Under the pieces are notes generated by a model, which was not told where the DNA came from, did no database searches, and worked only from the letters and a program-made list of their open reading frames with translations. The translations under genes were made by a program, and so were the position numbers. Positions 14,237 through 29,672 of a stretch of DNA of 64,000 nt are shown here, in pieces (position 1 is the first letter of the stretch; every line of letters begins with the position of its first letter). The DNA is from the human T2T-CHM13v2.0 reference genome, Homo sapiens. Location: NCBI RefSeq assembly GCF_009914755.1, contig NC_060939.1; one strand, written 5' to 3'.

Positions 14237-14934
14237 AAGAATAAGGAATAATGTGGAGGTTATGGTAGTGTTTTGTTTTTTAAATGGACCCTGAGGCTGT
14301 TGACGATTCCTTGAAATATGTTTGGTTTGCTTGTGTCTGAGTCTTCATTGGCTTCTCACGTTTGAGAGTGAAAGGAAAATGAGCTGTAGGTTAGACTCCG
14401 GGCTGTCCCAGGTGGAATCCTTGACGATGCTGTGGGTGGCCTTGCAGCCTTTGACTGTTCTCTGAAATCTGCATCTCACTCTCTTGACCCAGAGTAACTA
14501 GAATGCTAATGGAAAAAAAAAAAGTGGGACTGGTTGCTGCAGTTTCAAAACAAATGACCTCACTGCCTGAGTTCTACGCTATGCAAAAGAAACCCTAATT
14601 TTTGCCTTATAAATAATAATGGACCTTTGGGGAAATAGAGCCAAATACCCATTTAGTGAGGGTGGGGTATTTGGCTCTGTCTCCCTGAAGAATCGTTTAA
14701 CGATTTGTCATTGCTGAAGCTTACTCCCTAGAAACAGAATGCAACCACTGTGACACCAACTTAGTAATTATTTCCTAAGAGATATGGTAATTTAAATTTA
14801 TAATGACTTTCATTTCTTCAAGTTAAGAAAATAAACTTTGTATAAGCCGACTTAATGGGGACATTAATTTTCAGTTCTGTTCCAAAAGTGTAACAGAATT
14901 TTGGAATTTTCTAGCTGAAGGACACCTGAGTTTT

Positions 14935-15045
14935 ATCACGCTCCTCGTTTTATAGATGAGTTGACTGAAGATCTGCAAAGTTAGGTGTGATCTGCTCGAG
15001 GTTGCATTGATGTGTCAGGGCTAACCGAAGCTAGAATGCAGGGGA
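14935..15045 (-). mobile_element. MIR fragment
   Basis: ctcgttttatagatgag...actgaag core. Confidence 0.6.
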
Positions 15046-15514
15046 AAGAGGCAACTATTTGGATGATTATATTTGAATTAATAACCCACCAACCTTTAAA
15101 ATGCATGATTTTTTGTGGTCTCCAAGCATTTCCTGGGATGGTTCTGGTCTTGGGTGGGTAAACCTGATGTATGGAACAAGAGCTTTTCTTCTTGTTCTTA
15201 TTCTTTATATCTCATAAATTCAGATTTTTGAAAAAAGTTTTTCAGTTTCCCTCTACAATTTTTAGATTTTCTTCCCCTGCTCAAATGTGAACAGTTCTTT
15301 CTTGAACTTTGTTTTTGACGAAAACCAGGAGTTTCAGTTTGGCTGGTGCAAGTCATTTGGGATTAAGGAGAGAGAACTGGGGGCATGGTTAAGATCTGGA
15401 ACTGCAGGCTGCTTTGTCTCTTCAGTTAGGAGTCAGACAGAGTAAGAATAACATTTGTTTAGAAACAGAGTTTTATTAGAGTGGTAATTTACAGGTAAAA
15501 TGTAAGCTTTATAG

Positions 15515-15665
15515 ACTTGATTCTGCAATTCTATTCCTGGCCTTGCTGTTCCTCGCTGCTGATTTAGGGCAAGGCCTATCTTCTGAGTCTTGGCTTTTCT
15601 CATCTGTGAAAAGAGGGGCTTAGGCCTGAGTATTTCCAAGGACCCTTGGCAGCCATATGACTGGA
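15515..15665 (+). mobile_element. MIR3/MIR fragment
   Basis: gggcaag...ttttctcatctgtgaaaagaggggc...tccaaggaccc. Confidence 0.65.
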
Positions 15666-16284
15666 CTCCACGGTGGGATATTTGCAGAGAGGCTTCTCTG
15701 GAGCTGCTGCTTGTGGGCTGGCACCAAAACTGGAGGCAGAGGGTGCCAGCTGTGTTGCTGCACAGAGCCTCAGGAGCATGAACCCTGTGTGGCATTTTTC
15801 CCTCCTCCTGCTTTGTCACCTGAACCCCAGCAGTGTTGTTCAGTGCCGGGAGGATGTCGCTCACCCGCTGACACGGCTACCTGCACTGACACATGTCATT
15901 TGTGTCTTCTCTGCCAGTGCGCTGCTGCAGGGTGACATCTGGACTGGCCTCCTTGTCCCTCGGATGCTCGGCTGCCCAGAAGTTTCTGGATCAACTTGTT
16001 GAAAACCATGAGTAATCTTCATTTCTACTTCGCAAGCAGCTCTAGACCTGTGGCATCTCCAGCCAGGTCTGGCTGATGGACTCCTGCCCTCTGTGGCCAG
16101 CCTCTCTCACACCCAACTCCAAGAGCCTGGAAGATGGCAGCAGGGACTCCGTACAGGGCCCTTCTGTTGCCCCCAGCAGTCATAATGGTTTTGGGGCCTT
16201 CTGAATCTACCTTCTTGGAGCTACTTTGTTCCATCACCAGAGCCAAACCTACGAGTCCTGATTCTCTTCTTTGGCAGTTAGGGG

Positions 16285-16500
16285 AGTTTTGACCACTTTC
16301 CTCTCTTTCACTTTGCTCCAGCCACAATGGCCTGCCTTTACTGGCCTTCGAGAAAGCACCCGCTTTATGGTGGCAGATGCAGATGCCATTTCCTCTGTCC
16401 AACATCCTCTTGCCTGGCATGTACCTTCTCATCCATCATGTCTCATCCTAATGCCACCCCCTTTAGAGATGCTTATCTGACTACCTTGTTTCAATGTCTT
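16285..16500 (+). mobile_element. L2 fragment
   Basis: cactttgctccagccacaatggcc...aatgccacccc. Confidence 0.6.
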
Positions 16501-16603
16501 CCTCCATCCCCAGGTATGCATCCTCTTTCTGTCTCTGATCCTTCCGTGTGTCTGTCTTTGCACTTAAAACAGGTTAGATCTCTTTAGTCGTTAGTAGACT
16601 GCC

Positions 16604-16735
16604 TATTCATCCATTCATTCAACAAATATTTCTTGAGTATTTACTATGTACCAGCAGCTGAGATAGGCACAGTCTATGCTGTCTAGAAACTTCCAATCCA
16701 TGAAGAAAGACGAGATCAAGTAAAAGCCTAAGTAA
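16604..16735 (-). mobile_element. L2 3' end
   Basis: ttcatccattcattcaacaaatatttcttgagtatttactatgtaccag. Confidence 0.8.
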
Positions 16736-16752
16736 ACTGTCATGCTATTTGG

Positions 16753-16905
16753 GCAGAGTGCTTTGTTCTAATTACTCTAAAGCATCCTGGGCATCTTGTT
16801 AAAACACAGATCCTAACTCAGTAGGTCTGGGTGGGCCTGAGAGTCTGCATTTCTAACAAGATACAGGTGATGCTGCTGCCTTCTAGACCACACTTGGAGA
16901 AGTAA
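16753..16905. mobile_element. MER5A (hAT MITE)
   Basis: cttgttaaaacacagat...tcagtaggtctgggtgggcctgagagtctgcatttctaacaag...gaccacactt. Confidence 0.85.
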
Positions 16906-17619
16906 GGCTGTAAGCTTTTTGATGAAAATAAGACTTGTCCTGGAGTGTGACTCTTGCTGAACTGCCTGGGTGGATGTGGGTAAAGTTACTGGAGACCCTC
17001 AGGGTTTTGTCTGGCCTTGGAGTCTCTTCTAGCTGCAGGAGACTGAGTGGTCTGAGATGTGAGCCTGATTGAACAGTAGGGGAACCTGTTACCATCACCT
17101 GCATCTATGTGCTTGTCCTCCTTAAGGTTATCATAGGTTGTAGGTTTGTCCATTGAACCCTCCCTTAAATGTTGTGCTTTTCACATTCACTTGGTGGAAT
17201 CCTATGGGCTCTCTCTGTAGGGTGTGTTCTGTATAAGTCAGCATTTCTGAAAATACTGCGGATGTTTGGTTTTTAAGAGCAGACTGTATCTGCTGGGCCC
17301 ATGGGGCACTTGCAGTGAGATGTTGAGAATGGAGACCATACTGGAAGCTGGGGACTGGGGCAGAAACCTTCGAGCAGGTAGACTGAGGGCAGGTCAGATG
17401 CAGGGCACTGCTGTCAAAGGAGAGCCTGGGGTCCAAGCAGCAACTTGGCCCAAGGGTTGTGCTCCTGATACTGGCAGGTGGTGGGGGGGATGGAGGGGGG
17501 GGTGCAGGGGGGGCAGAGGGGAGCGGGGCGTTGCAGGCTCAACATTGTCCAGCTGCTGCAGTAGACCTTCTCAGAAACGTTGCTTTACTTTCATAAGCAG
17601 CTAAATTGATTCTCGCCCT

Positions 17620-17870
17620 AAATAGTTAACAGCTCTAACAGCATTCTCGGAGTACTTCCAGTGTCCTAGGCCTTGGGCTAAGTGTGTGGCACACGTTCTT
17701 GTAACTTAACCCTCCCTGCAGCCCAGGAGGCAGGTGCAGCCTCTGATTTACAGAGGACAGGACTGAAGGAACTCACCCAGTGGGTCACACAGCGAGAGTG
17801 TGCAGTCAGGATCCAGCCTGGACTATCAGACCTCATGTGGAGTTCCTTCTCTTGCTTTTAACCCCTGCAT
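17620..17870 (-). mobile_element. MIR
   Basis: gggctaagtg...tttacagagga...actgaagg...ggtcacacagc. Confidence 0.7.
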
Positions 17871-18744
17871 CATGACTAGAAGTGGGATTTTACAGCTAGT
17901 GGCGAGATGGGGTCGCTTATTATTTGCATCCTAGGTTATTTGTTACTTTCTTCTTTTTACCCACCCTCAGCTTAGACCCAGATAGGACCCTCCCCTGTAT
18001 GGCAACTTTAAAATGTTGCTTCTATAGCACTGTGGCTCCTTGAGGTGGGGGAGAAACTTGGACAATGTGGGGGCAGTCGTGAACAGGGAAGAGAGAAAGG
18101 GTGTGTTCATTTTGGAGGCAGACTTCTTGTCTACCTCTGCCCACCTCCGCCAGGCTCAACCGGAACAGCTCTCCAGGGGGACTCGATTGTTTCTGGTAGT
18201 CTGGAGAGCCAGTGCCAAGACCTAGTCCTCGAGGGCTCAGGCTGGGAGGTAGGAGGTGAGGGTGGGTTAGGGGTTGATTCAGTGTGTTCTGATGACTGTT
18301 TTCTTGCCACTCAGTGGGATTTCTATGTCAAAGACAATCTCCAAGTGACCTCGCTCTGGTCAGAGTTATTTCGTCTATTTTGTATTAGATACGCAGTTCT
18401 AGTGTCTTAGGTGTTTTAAATTTTCATTAGGCTTCTCAACTTTTGGCTTCATGTATATGCTTAGTTCTGGGCTGGGCCAAGCCACCCACCAAATGCAGAA
18501 TTAAGTTGAACCTACTTAGCCCGGCTTCCATGGCCAGGTATGTGTTGCAGTTCTTATGTTTTAGGCAATGGCAGATGGGAAACATGCTATCACTTTTGTG
18601 TTACAAACTGTGTTCCTAAATCCATGCGTATAACCCCTTCTGGAATGCTGGGATGTCCATCTAGTGACAGGATCGAATCAGATCTTAAAAGCAGCTCCTT
18701 CTTGCTTCTTTAGACTTAGTGGGGCTAAGCTTGTCTTTCCATCT

Positions 18745-18930
18745 AGTCAAGCCTCTGGAGCTTGGGGGAGCTGGATTCAAATCCCAGCTCTGTAATGTGA
18801 TAACCTTGTGCCTGTGTGCATTTACCTGGGCCTCATATAGGCATCAAGGACTGGTACCCTCTATTCTCTGGGCTTATTTCCTCAACAGTAAAGGCGGGAG
18901 ATGATTTTATTTTGCAGAGTTGTTTCAGAG
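18745..18930 (+). mobile_element. MIR
   Basis: ctggattcaaatcccagctctg...tttcctcaacagtaaagg. Confidence 0.65.
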
Positions 18931-19071
18931 CTATGCCCTTAGACTGGTGTGTACTTACCCTGGCTACTCATCCTTCAAGGACTGTCTGAAGTGTCCCCTT
19001 CCACTTGCGTCTGGCTGATCCCCTCTAATCAAGCACTTTCCCATTGTCTGAAGCAGACTTCTTTGTCTTTA

Positions 19072-19377
19072 TTTTTATTTTTTTTTGAGACAGAGTCTTT
19101 CTCTCTCACCCAGGCTGGAGTGCAGTGGCGCAATCTTGGCTCACTGCAACCTCCGCCTCCTAGGTTCAAGCAATTCTCCTGCCTCAGCCTCCTAAGTAGC
19201 TGGGGTTACTACTGGGTGGTGGCTTGCACCACCACATCTGGCTAATTTTGTATTTTTAGTAGCGACGGGGTTTTACCATGTTGGCCAGGCTGGTCTCGAA
19301 TTCCTGGCCCCAAGTGATCCGCCTGCCTCAGCCTCCCAAAGTGCTGGGATTACAGGTGTGAGCCACCATGCCCGGCC
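19072..19377 (-). mobile_element. AluSx/Sz inserted in an L2 3' end
   Basis: Full dimer; 13-bp TSD ttctttgtcttta at 19059-19071 and 19378-19390. Confidence 0.95.
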
Positions 19378-19389
19378 TTCTTTGTCTTT

Positions 19390-19490
19390 AGACAGTGAGC
19401 CCCTTGAGGGCAGGGACTGTGCTTCATCCTTGTGTCCCAGGCCCAGCACAGGACTGTGAGCTCGATAAACATCTGTTAAATAAACTCAAC
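19390..19490 (+). mobile_element. L2 3' end
   Basis: agacagtgagccccttgagggcagggactgtg...gctcgataaacatctgttaaataaa. Confidence 0.8.
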
Positions 19491-19713
19491 AAAGTAATTC
19501 CCTTTTTCCATTTGCTTGCCTAAAGCCAGCTTATCTGAAGAGTTACTAATAGGCACCACTGGTGAATACTTGAGCAGACCCAGGAGTGGTGATGGTGGGC
19601 CAGTTGGTCTCCTGTCATTGCAAGCCTCCTAATGAAAAGTCAGCAGGTGTTTCCTTGTCTTCTGTGGACTTCAGGAGTGAAGACCTCTCTGGGGTCTTCA
19701 GTTATTTGAGTAA

Positions 19714-20116
<403 letters not shown>

Positions 20117-20983
20117 TATATTTCTTTAAAATGTCTTCTTATTTTACAAAGTTAGAAAAGTAATTTACAACCTGTTGATGTATTTAAAAATAAGACAAAG
20201 AAGTAAACATTTATAAAAAGGGAAACAGCTTTTTCCATAGTAGTCTTCATCACCCTGGTAAGCTGCCAGTGCTTCCAGTCTTCTGGTCCTGCGTTGCATG
20301 CCCTACGTTACCACACTTGGGACTCTCTTCCCTCATTGTGCCGGGATGTACTTTTTTTCTTTTTTTGAAGAAGTCACAATGTAATATAAATTTTAGATGG
20401 CCAGAGACACAAGCCCTTTCCCTTTCTGATACTGTGCTAAAGTGTTCAGACCTTTCCTGCATTGCTTTCTTTGCTTCCTGGCTCTGCCTCAAGGTGGGAT
20501 TCTGTCAATCTCCCCTCATTCGAAATGTCCCCACCCCAGAGCTAGCACTATTGACAGGGCAGTTGGGATGAGGGGCACAGAAGAATTTTACCTGCAGCCT
20601 GTGGCTGAGTACCCATGCTTAACCCCATTCCAACGAACTAGTCCATTTTTTCATTTTATTACCTTGTCTGAAATTATGAGTCCATAGAGACGTCTAATCA
20701 CAATTCTCTTCCTCATTGGGGATCCTGAAGGGCATGTTTCTCTTCATTAAAAAGCATGATTTTTCTAATGAAAGGGATGATTTAACTGAGAAGTTGCAAG
20801 TTGTTCTTTTTTCTTTTTTTTTTTCTCTTGCTGAGAGAGTCTCACCTGGCTTAAAAACAACAAACTATTAATGTTAACCACATTTGCTTTTTGTGAGAAG
20901 GAAAAATATTTTCAAGGTGGTATCAGAACTCTATATTACATAAAACACTTGTGACCCCTTGTGTGTGGGAAAGTATGTGTATG

Positions 20984-21253
20984 TTTTTTATTTATTTTTT
21001 GAGACAGGTTTCAACCCATCACCCAGCTCACTGCAGTCGCGAACTCTTAGGCACAAACGATTGTCCTGCCTCAGCTTCTTGAGTAGCTGAAACTACAGGC
21101 ACATGCCACCATGCCTAGCTAATTTTTTATTTTTTGTAGATACAGGGTCACACCATGATGCCCGGGTTGGTCTAGAACTCTGGGCTCACACGATCCTCCC
21201 ACCTCAGTCTCCCAAAGTGCTGGGATTACAGGCGTGAGCCTCTACACCCAGCC
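20984..21253 (-). mobile_element. AluJ with internal deletion
   Basis: J diagnostics gggctcacacgatcctcccacc; junction cacccag|ctcactgc. Confidence 0.9.
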
Positions 21254-21336
21254 AAGAAAGTGCTTTTTTTTTAAATGAAAATAATATTGTTTTTATATAA
21301 TGCATTTAAAAAACTAATATGGATGTTTCTTGCTAA

Positions 21337-21818
<482 letters not shown>

Positions 21819-21916
21819 TAATGCCACACTGTAGACCCTTATGGACAATTCTATAGAATTTCAAGGTCAAAGGATATGCTCCTTTAAAAATGTCCCTTTT
21901 AAAAGATGATTGAATT

Positions 21917-22220
21917 GGCCAGGCATGGTGGCTCATGCCTGTAATCCCAGCACTTTGGGAGGCCGAGGCGGGTGGATCACCTGAGGTCGGGAGTTTGAGA
22001 CCAGCCTGACCAACATGGAGAAACCCCATCTCTGCTAAAAATACAAAATTAGCCAGGCATGGTGGCGCATGCCTGTAATCCCAGCTACTCAGGAGGGGGG
22101 AGGCAGGAGAATCGCTTGAACTGGGGAGGCAGAGTTGTGGTGAGCCGAGATCGTGCCATCGCACTCCAGCCTGGACAACAAGAGTAAAACGTTGTCTCAA
22201 AAAAAAAAAAAAAAAAAAAA
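21917..22220 (+). mobile_element. AluSp
   Basis: gaggtcgggagtttgagaccagcctgaccaacatggagaaacccc; long poly-A; TSD-like aaaagat..gaatt. Confidence 0.94.
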
Positions 22221-23824
22221 AGATAGAATTTACATCTCCAACCATGAGGGCCCTCATTAGCACAGAATGTTATTAATCTTTAAACTTTTTTTTGCCATTT
22301 TAAAAGCAAAATAAATACAAAAGAGTTAAAAAAAAATGGGGTTTCAGATCTGAGAATTCACAGGGCTTCAAAGTCTTCTAACCTGCAGACCCAGCGGTGG
22401 CCAGGATGCAATTTCTGGTCTTGTGGTTCAGCCTTCGTGGCCTCATTGTGGGGTTTCCCTGTACTTCCCCAGCCCTCCCTGAGGGCTTCTCTTTCTGCAT
22501 CCCTCCTGTTCTTGTTGTATCCACAGTGCTTGGTGTTGACAGATGCTCAGGAGCGACCCCTTCTTGTGGAGGTGTGAATGAGAGCAAAGATGGGTGTCAG
22601 TGAGAGACTGCTTCTAGACTGGGCCTACAGCAGCCTTGCCTGTCTTCCTTGCCCAGTTCCCTTCCTCTGTTCTTGCTCAGAGGGAAGCTCCTTTGCTGGC
22701 TTGCTGTGGTCATCCTGGTCTGTCTGCATTAGCTGGGATCTCTTAGGCACCAAGAACTACTCCAATGTTGGTAGGAAGCACATTTCTTCACGGCAGAGTC
22801 ACAGCCCTTCTCTGTCATTCTGCAGGCATCTCTGGCAGATCTTGCATTTAACAGGAATGGACAATGACAGGATTATAAAAGGCTGATAAGATTCCCTGCA
22901 GGGTGAGCTCTGCTGACCTGGCTACCCACCACAGGCTGCTTCCTTCTGTGTTGTAGTCAGCACCCTGCCTGGCCCATTCCTGTACCAAGGTGCTTAGAAC
23001 AGACCTCTTTCGGGCCAGAACCATTTCTAGTGCAAGTTCTTGGTTTAATTGTGCTGTTTCCTTTAAAAATGATGTTCTCTATCTCTGGATTGATCTCTCA
23101 GACAGCCAGCCTCTGTTTTAAGTATGTGAAATGCAAATCATCAAAAGCAATTGCTGCTCTTTTTTCTGGGTCTACCTTGGGCCGCCTTGACTTCCTTCCT
23201 CTGGAATTGCTCTCCTGGTGGGTATATTCTCTCCAGCTGTTGGCAGACATAAGAAGTAGGAGCTCCAAGTAGGCTCCACTCTAAAACGTACCATCTTGAT
23301 AAAAGCTATGAGTCTTGGGCATGGGTCTTATTAGTTGGGACAGTAGCTATCTCCCCCAGATGTTTTGTTCAATGGAAACATTTCAATGATAAAAATACCT
23401 TCAAACTCCCTTCTGAGAGCAGAGGCAATCAGTTAAGTAGCTCCTGCTGTGTAGCTGGAGCAAGCCACCACACCCATGGATTACATTTGGCAGCGTTTCT
23501 TTGGCCAGCTGCATGCCTCCCAGCAGATAAAAGGGCAGTGCGTAGAGAAGATGTTAGGGAAAGTGGTGGGGTGGAAGTAGGGAGGAGGTGAGCCTTGTGC
23601 AGCAGCTGAATTCCCAGGGTGAAGTTTGGGCCTTGCTGCCCCCAGTTTACTGTCCAGCTGCTGCTGCTGCTTGGGCCTGCAGTGCTGCGGGATGACTGGG
23701 ATCTGGAAGGCGGCTCTGGTGATTTGTAGGATCAGAGGAAGGACAAAAGCTGGGTCAGGGTGGGTGTGGCTGCTGGGGGTAGTTTACTGATGAAGTGAAT
23801 TGGACTTGGAGACTTGAATGCTAG

Positions 23825-24320
<496 letters not shown>

Positions 24321-24445
24321 GGACCGAGGTTTTTCTGCTGGTGCCTCAAGGGCTTTGTGGGGCCAAGAGTGGACTCCAGGCTCCACTCACCTAACTTCTC
24401 AAAAGGGATGAAAACTCGCTCATTTCTGGTGATGGAGTAGGGTCT

Positions 24446-24909
24446 GCTTTAGTTTTTCATTGCTGCTGCAACAAATGACCTTAAACTTGTGACTTGAAAC
24501 AACCCAAATGTATCATCTTACAATTCTCACTGGGCTGGAATCAAGTGGAAGGCTGCCTTCCTTCAGGAAGCTCCAAGGGAGAATCCATCTCTTTTGTTTT
24601 TTTACAGCTTCTAGCGGCAGCCTGCATCACTCAGCTGGGGATACCATTCCTTCATCTTCAAATCCAGCTATGTGGTATCTCTCTCTGACCCTCCTTTCAT
24701 CTTCACATCTCCCTTGGACCACAACTGGGAAAGGTTCTCTGCTTTTCAGGACCTTCGTGCCTACCTTGGGCACCTAGATTGTCCAGGATAATCTCTCCAT
24801 CTCAAAGTCTTTAACTTGATCACCTCTGCAAAGTCCATTTTGCCATGTAAGATAACACATTCACAGGTTCTGGAGAATAGGACATGGACCATAGTTCTGG
24901 CTGCCACAA
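24446..24909 (-). mobile_element. MLT1 (C/D-like) MaLR solo LTR
   Basis: ttagtttttcattgctgctgcaacaaat...caggataatctctccatctcaa...ctgcaaagtccattttgccatgtaag...gccaca. Confidence 0.85.
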
Positions 24910-25574
24910 GGTCAGGTTTACCAGGCTTGCAGGGAGATAAGTGGCCGAAGCAGGTCCAAGGGTCAGGGCTTCAGCCCTTTCCTTTCTGCTGTTTGCTGTG
25001 CTGTTCGATGCCTGGCGGTGTGGTCTCCGTCTCAGGCTGCATCCTTCACTGCAGCTACTTTGTTCCTGGATGAGAGGCTGTGGACATGAGAACAGGAGTC
25101 ATCCCTTCCCATGGGAAAAGGGCAGAAGTGCGGGGTGGGGGCAAGTGGTTGTGCTCTGAGAGCTTGACCTTGCTCTGGAATCCTTTATGGTGATTGTCAA
25201 ACTAGCTTAAATGAAGTGGGTGGGGACATTCTCTTTCCTCCCCTCTCCCACTCCCCTGCTTAGTTAAATCAGGTAACCTTTTCCTATACTTCTTAGGGAG
25301 ACCTCACGCTTGAAACTTGCCTCCATTCTGAGCTCCTCACCGCTTCCTGGCTCAATCTGTGTGTCTGTCTGTAATGCCTAGGAGCTGGATCTGTATGGCT
25401 GAGTTTGGATGCGTGTCCAGTTGGCTTGGGAGTGGAGAGGGGCACCATCACCTGGGTCTGTGGGTTGGAGGATGGTGACAGATGAATTTAATATGGGGTG
25501 CTTTGCTTTATTTAACAGACGTTACTGTGGAAACACTTGGTGCAAATCGAGTGTTTTGAGCGTGTTGTTTTAAA

Positions 25575-26310
25575 AGACTTTAAAATGATTTCAAACTTAC
25601 AGAAAAGTTGTAAAAAAAAAATACAAAGAATTTCTATATAGCATTACCTAAATTCATTAATTATAAACATTTTGCCATACTTATCATTCTCTGTATTACA
25701 TACTGTTTTCTCTGACCCATTTGAAAGTTGCACCATCATGCCCCTTTGCTGCTAAATACTTTAGAAAGTCTTTCCTAAGATCAAGGACATTCCTTTTCTT
25801 CTTTTTCTTTTTTGCTAGCCTGTCCTTGCTGGCAGACATTCCTTTCATAACCACTGTTCAATTAGTAAAACCAAGGCATGTAGTACTATTATCCAGTATG
25901 CAGTTCATATCCAAATTTTGCCACTTCACACAATAATGTCCTTTATAGTAATTCTTCTCCTGCCCTAGGATTCAATCCAGGATTACGCAGATTCTGTACT
26001 CAGTTGTCATGTCTCTTTAGTCTCTTTTAATCAGGAACAGTTCCTTTGTTTTTTTTTTTTTTTTTTTTTTTGCCATTCACAACATTGACATTTTAAAAAA
26101 ATACAGGTTGGCTATTTGGTAGCTATTTTGGTTTGTGTGGTATTTTCTCACTATTAGATTTTCCACAATTCATCTATTTTTGTTGGGCATGCTCTATAAA
26201 TTATGGTTTGCATCCTTCTCAGTCCATCACATCAGGAGGCACATGATGTCATTTTGCCTCATTACTGGAGACATTAGCTTCAATCCCTTGGTTAATGTAG
26301 TGTTGAATTT
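25575..26310 (-). mobile_element. L1MC-like 3' fragment
   Basis: gatttcaaacttacagaaaagttg...aggattcaatccagg...cacatcaggaggcacatgatgtc. Confidence 0.85.
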
Positions 26311-27147
26311 GCATAACATAATCTATCTGTTGTACAGGAGTTGAGCATTTAAAATCAGGAGTTTAAAGAGGGCATTGTCTTCTAAAGTTGTGTCTGGTTT
26401 GCAAGGTTTTTTTTTTTTTTTAATGTATATTGGATTTTCCTAAAGTGGGCATCCTTGTTCTTTGCAGGGTCTGCTCTTCGATACAGGTAGAAGGGCTAAT
26501 GTTCACAGAGAGCTCATAGTGAGGAATAAATTGCCTGAGATTTGAACACACCGTTAATCTCTGCCCTTGTAGCAACTGTGAGATCCATCCCAGAGATAGA
26601 AGCATAAATGCAGTGTTCACAGTGGGTTCCCTTTGACTATATCTAACTATCCTGGTTGCCTTGGAGTTCCTAGGAGTGGAAAAACTAGATTAGGACATGG
26701 AAAAGTCTCCTCCTAGCACATTTGACAGTTCTGTCAATGCTGAAGATGATGGTCCAGGCTGCTGTCACTGCATTTTCTTCCTTGTGAATCTCTTCTCTTC
26801 TGTCGTTGACTTACTGGGTTGATTCCGTGTGGTCAACTTGCGTGATGTGTACATACCAGGCTAGTCAGACCTGCCCTGGCTGCTCATTCACCGATTATGA
26901 GATTCCTTGTAGACGTGATTCTGAGAACTCAGGAGGCCACCATGTAGGAAAGGTATGCTTCTTAGAGCTCTGGATGTTTTTAGTTTGATTATTGTCAGTA
27001 TTATCTTGGGTCAGTGCTTCTCAAACTAATTCCAGTTTGTGAATCATTTTACAATTGAGTTGTTTACAAATGCCCAATTGTTGGGCATTTGACCTTGCTG
27101 ACCCGCAGACCTATTGTTCCCACTTGTCATTATAGAAGCAAACACTT

Positions 27148-27700
<553 letters not shown>

Positions 27701-28476
27701 AAAACCACAAACACATGGTCACATGTAATCCACTTTAGGATTAATAGAGAAAATGGTACTTTGTAAAGTGAAATAGGATAATTGATCATACAAAAAAATA
27801 AAAGTACATTTAGGAACAACAGTGTGTCTTGACTGTCCTCCATAGTACAGTTATAAATCTGGGCAAACATGTAAAGGAGGAAGACACGGTCCCTGATCTG
27901 CCGAAGGAGTACAGATACTGGTGGGAGTAGAATGGGGACATCTTTTAAGCTGAAGAGGTCAGGAAAGGCTTAACCAAGCAGTGGGTCTGAGCTGAGCCTT
28001 GGAGACTGGAGTGAGGATGAGAATTGTTGGTAAGACAAGGGCAGTAATTATAGATTCACATTTTGTAATAAAAGTTCATCCTTGCAGACCACCAGCAGGA
28101 TCCAGTGGGACTACACTGTGAGAATCACTGCAAAATGGCCAGAATTTATGTTTGTGGGAAAATCTGAGTAATTATTGAATGACTACCCAGCATTGCCAAT
28201 TAAAACAAAACTTGGATGAGACCAGTCTTCCAATTCTGTCTGATGAAACATAAACGGAAAGCCTTTATAATGTAATATTACTGCCTGAGTGATTATTTTC
28301 AGAATACAATGATCAGCCAAATGGCTTCTAATTGATCTCAAAATATTTACTGAGCCTCTCAGTGTGATAATGTTCTGCTGAGTTGCTGATTTACCCCCAA
28401 AAGAAGACAGTAAGAATATGAGCATTCCAAGACTAATAAGATACACATGCCGTGAATGGTTAAATATATAAATATA

Positions 28477-28911
<435 letters not shown>

Positions 28912-29161
28912 TTACACAACAAACTCAGGTGCAACTTCTCAAACAGCCTAAGCACATGTGTCCCAAATAATTAAACAATTTATCTCAGAGGCACTTTTAA
29001 AAATAACGCTGTGCAACCATTCCCTTCTAAGAAACCTTCCCTGAAACTTTTCATATAAACCATTAGTAATTGGTGAACTGGTAATTTCTGGATCCTGACT
29101 TTATTTTTTAACACTCTCCTTCTCCCCTCCACCCTGCCCCCAAAGCACAAATACCTCATCC

Positions 29162-29672
29162 TGGTGGTTTCAAAGTAAAGTCTACAAATCTTCAGTTCTC
29201 CTCCCTTTAAGGGACAGAGCCTGATTCCCTTCCCCTTAGATGTGGGTTGGACTTAGAAGTGAATCACAGTGTATAGAATCAAGTGGAAAGGATGGCATGT
29301 GATCGCAGAGACCAAGTGACAAAAGGCACTGTGTCTTCTCCTTGTTCTCTCACGGATTGCTTCCTCTGAAAGAAGTCCGCTGCCATATTGTGAAGGTGCT
29401 TCAGCAGCTGATGGAGAGTCCCACAAAGTGGGAAACTGCATGTTGCCCATTGTCAACAGCCATGTGAGTACCCCATGTTGGAATGGGTCCTCAGCCCTGG
29501 CAAACCTTCAGATGATTGTAGCTCCTGCCCACATTCTGAGTCCAACTCAGTGAAAGAACCACCTAGTTATGCCGCTCTCAAATTCCTGACTCATGAAATC
29601 TGTGAGATTGTGTTTATGTGAAGGCATTGCATTCGGGGGTAATTTGTTATGCAGCACCTACAATAAGTAACA
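29162..29672 (+). mobile_element. MLT1 (F/G-like) MaLR solo LTR
   Basis: aaccttcagatgattgtagc...aaattcctgactcatgaaatctgtgaga...ggtaatttgttatgcagca...aca. Confidence 0.85.

Noticed and set aside
15433-16587. ORFs of 92-143 aa
   Set aside because: They overlap MIR/L2 relics and show no protein similarity I can recognise
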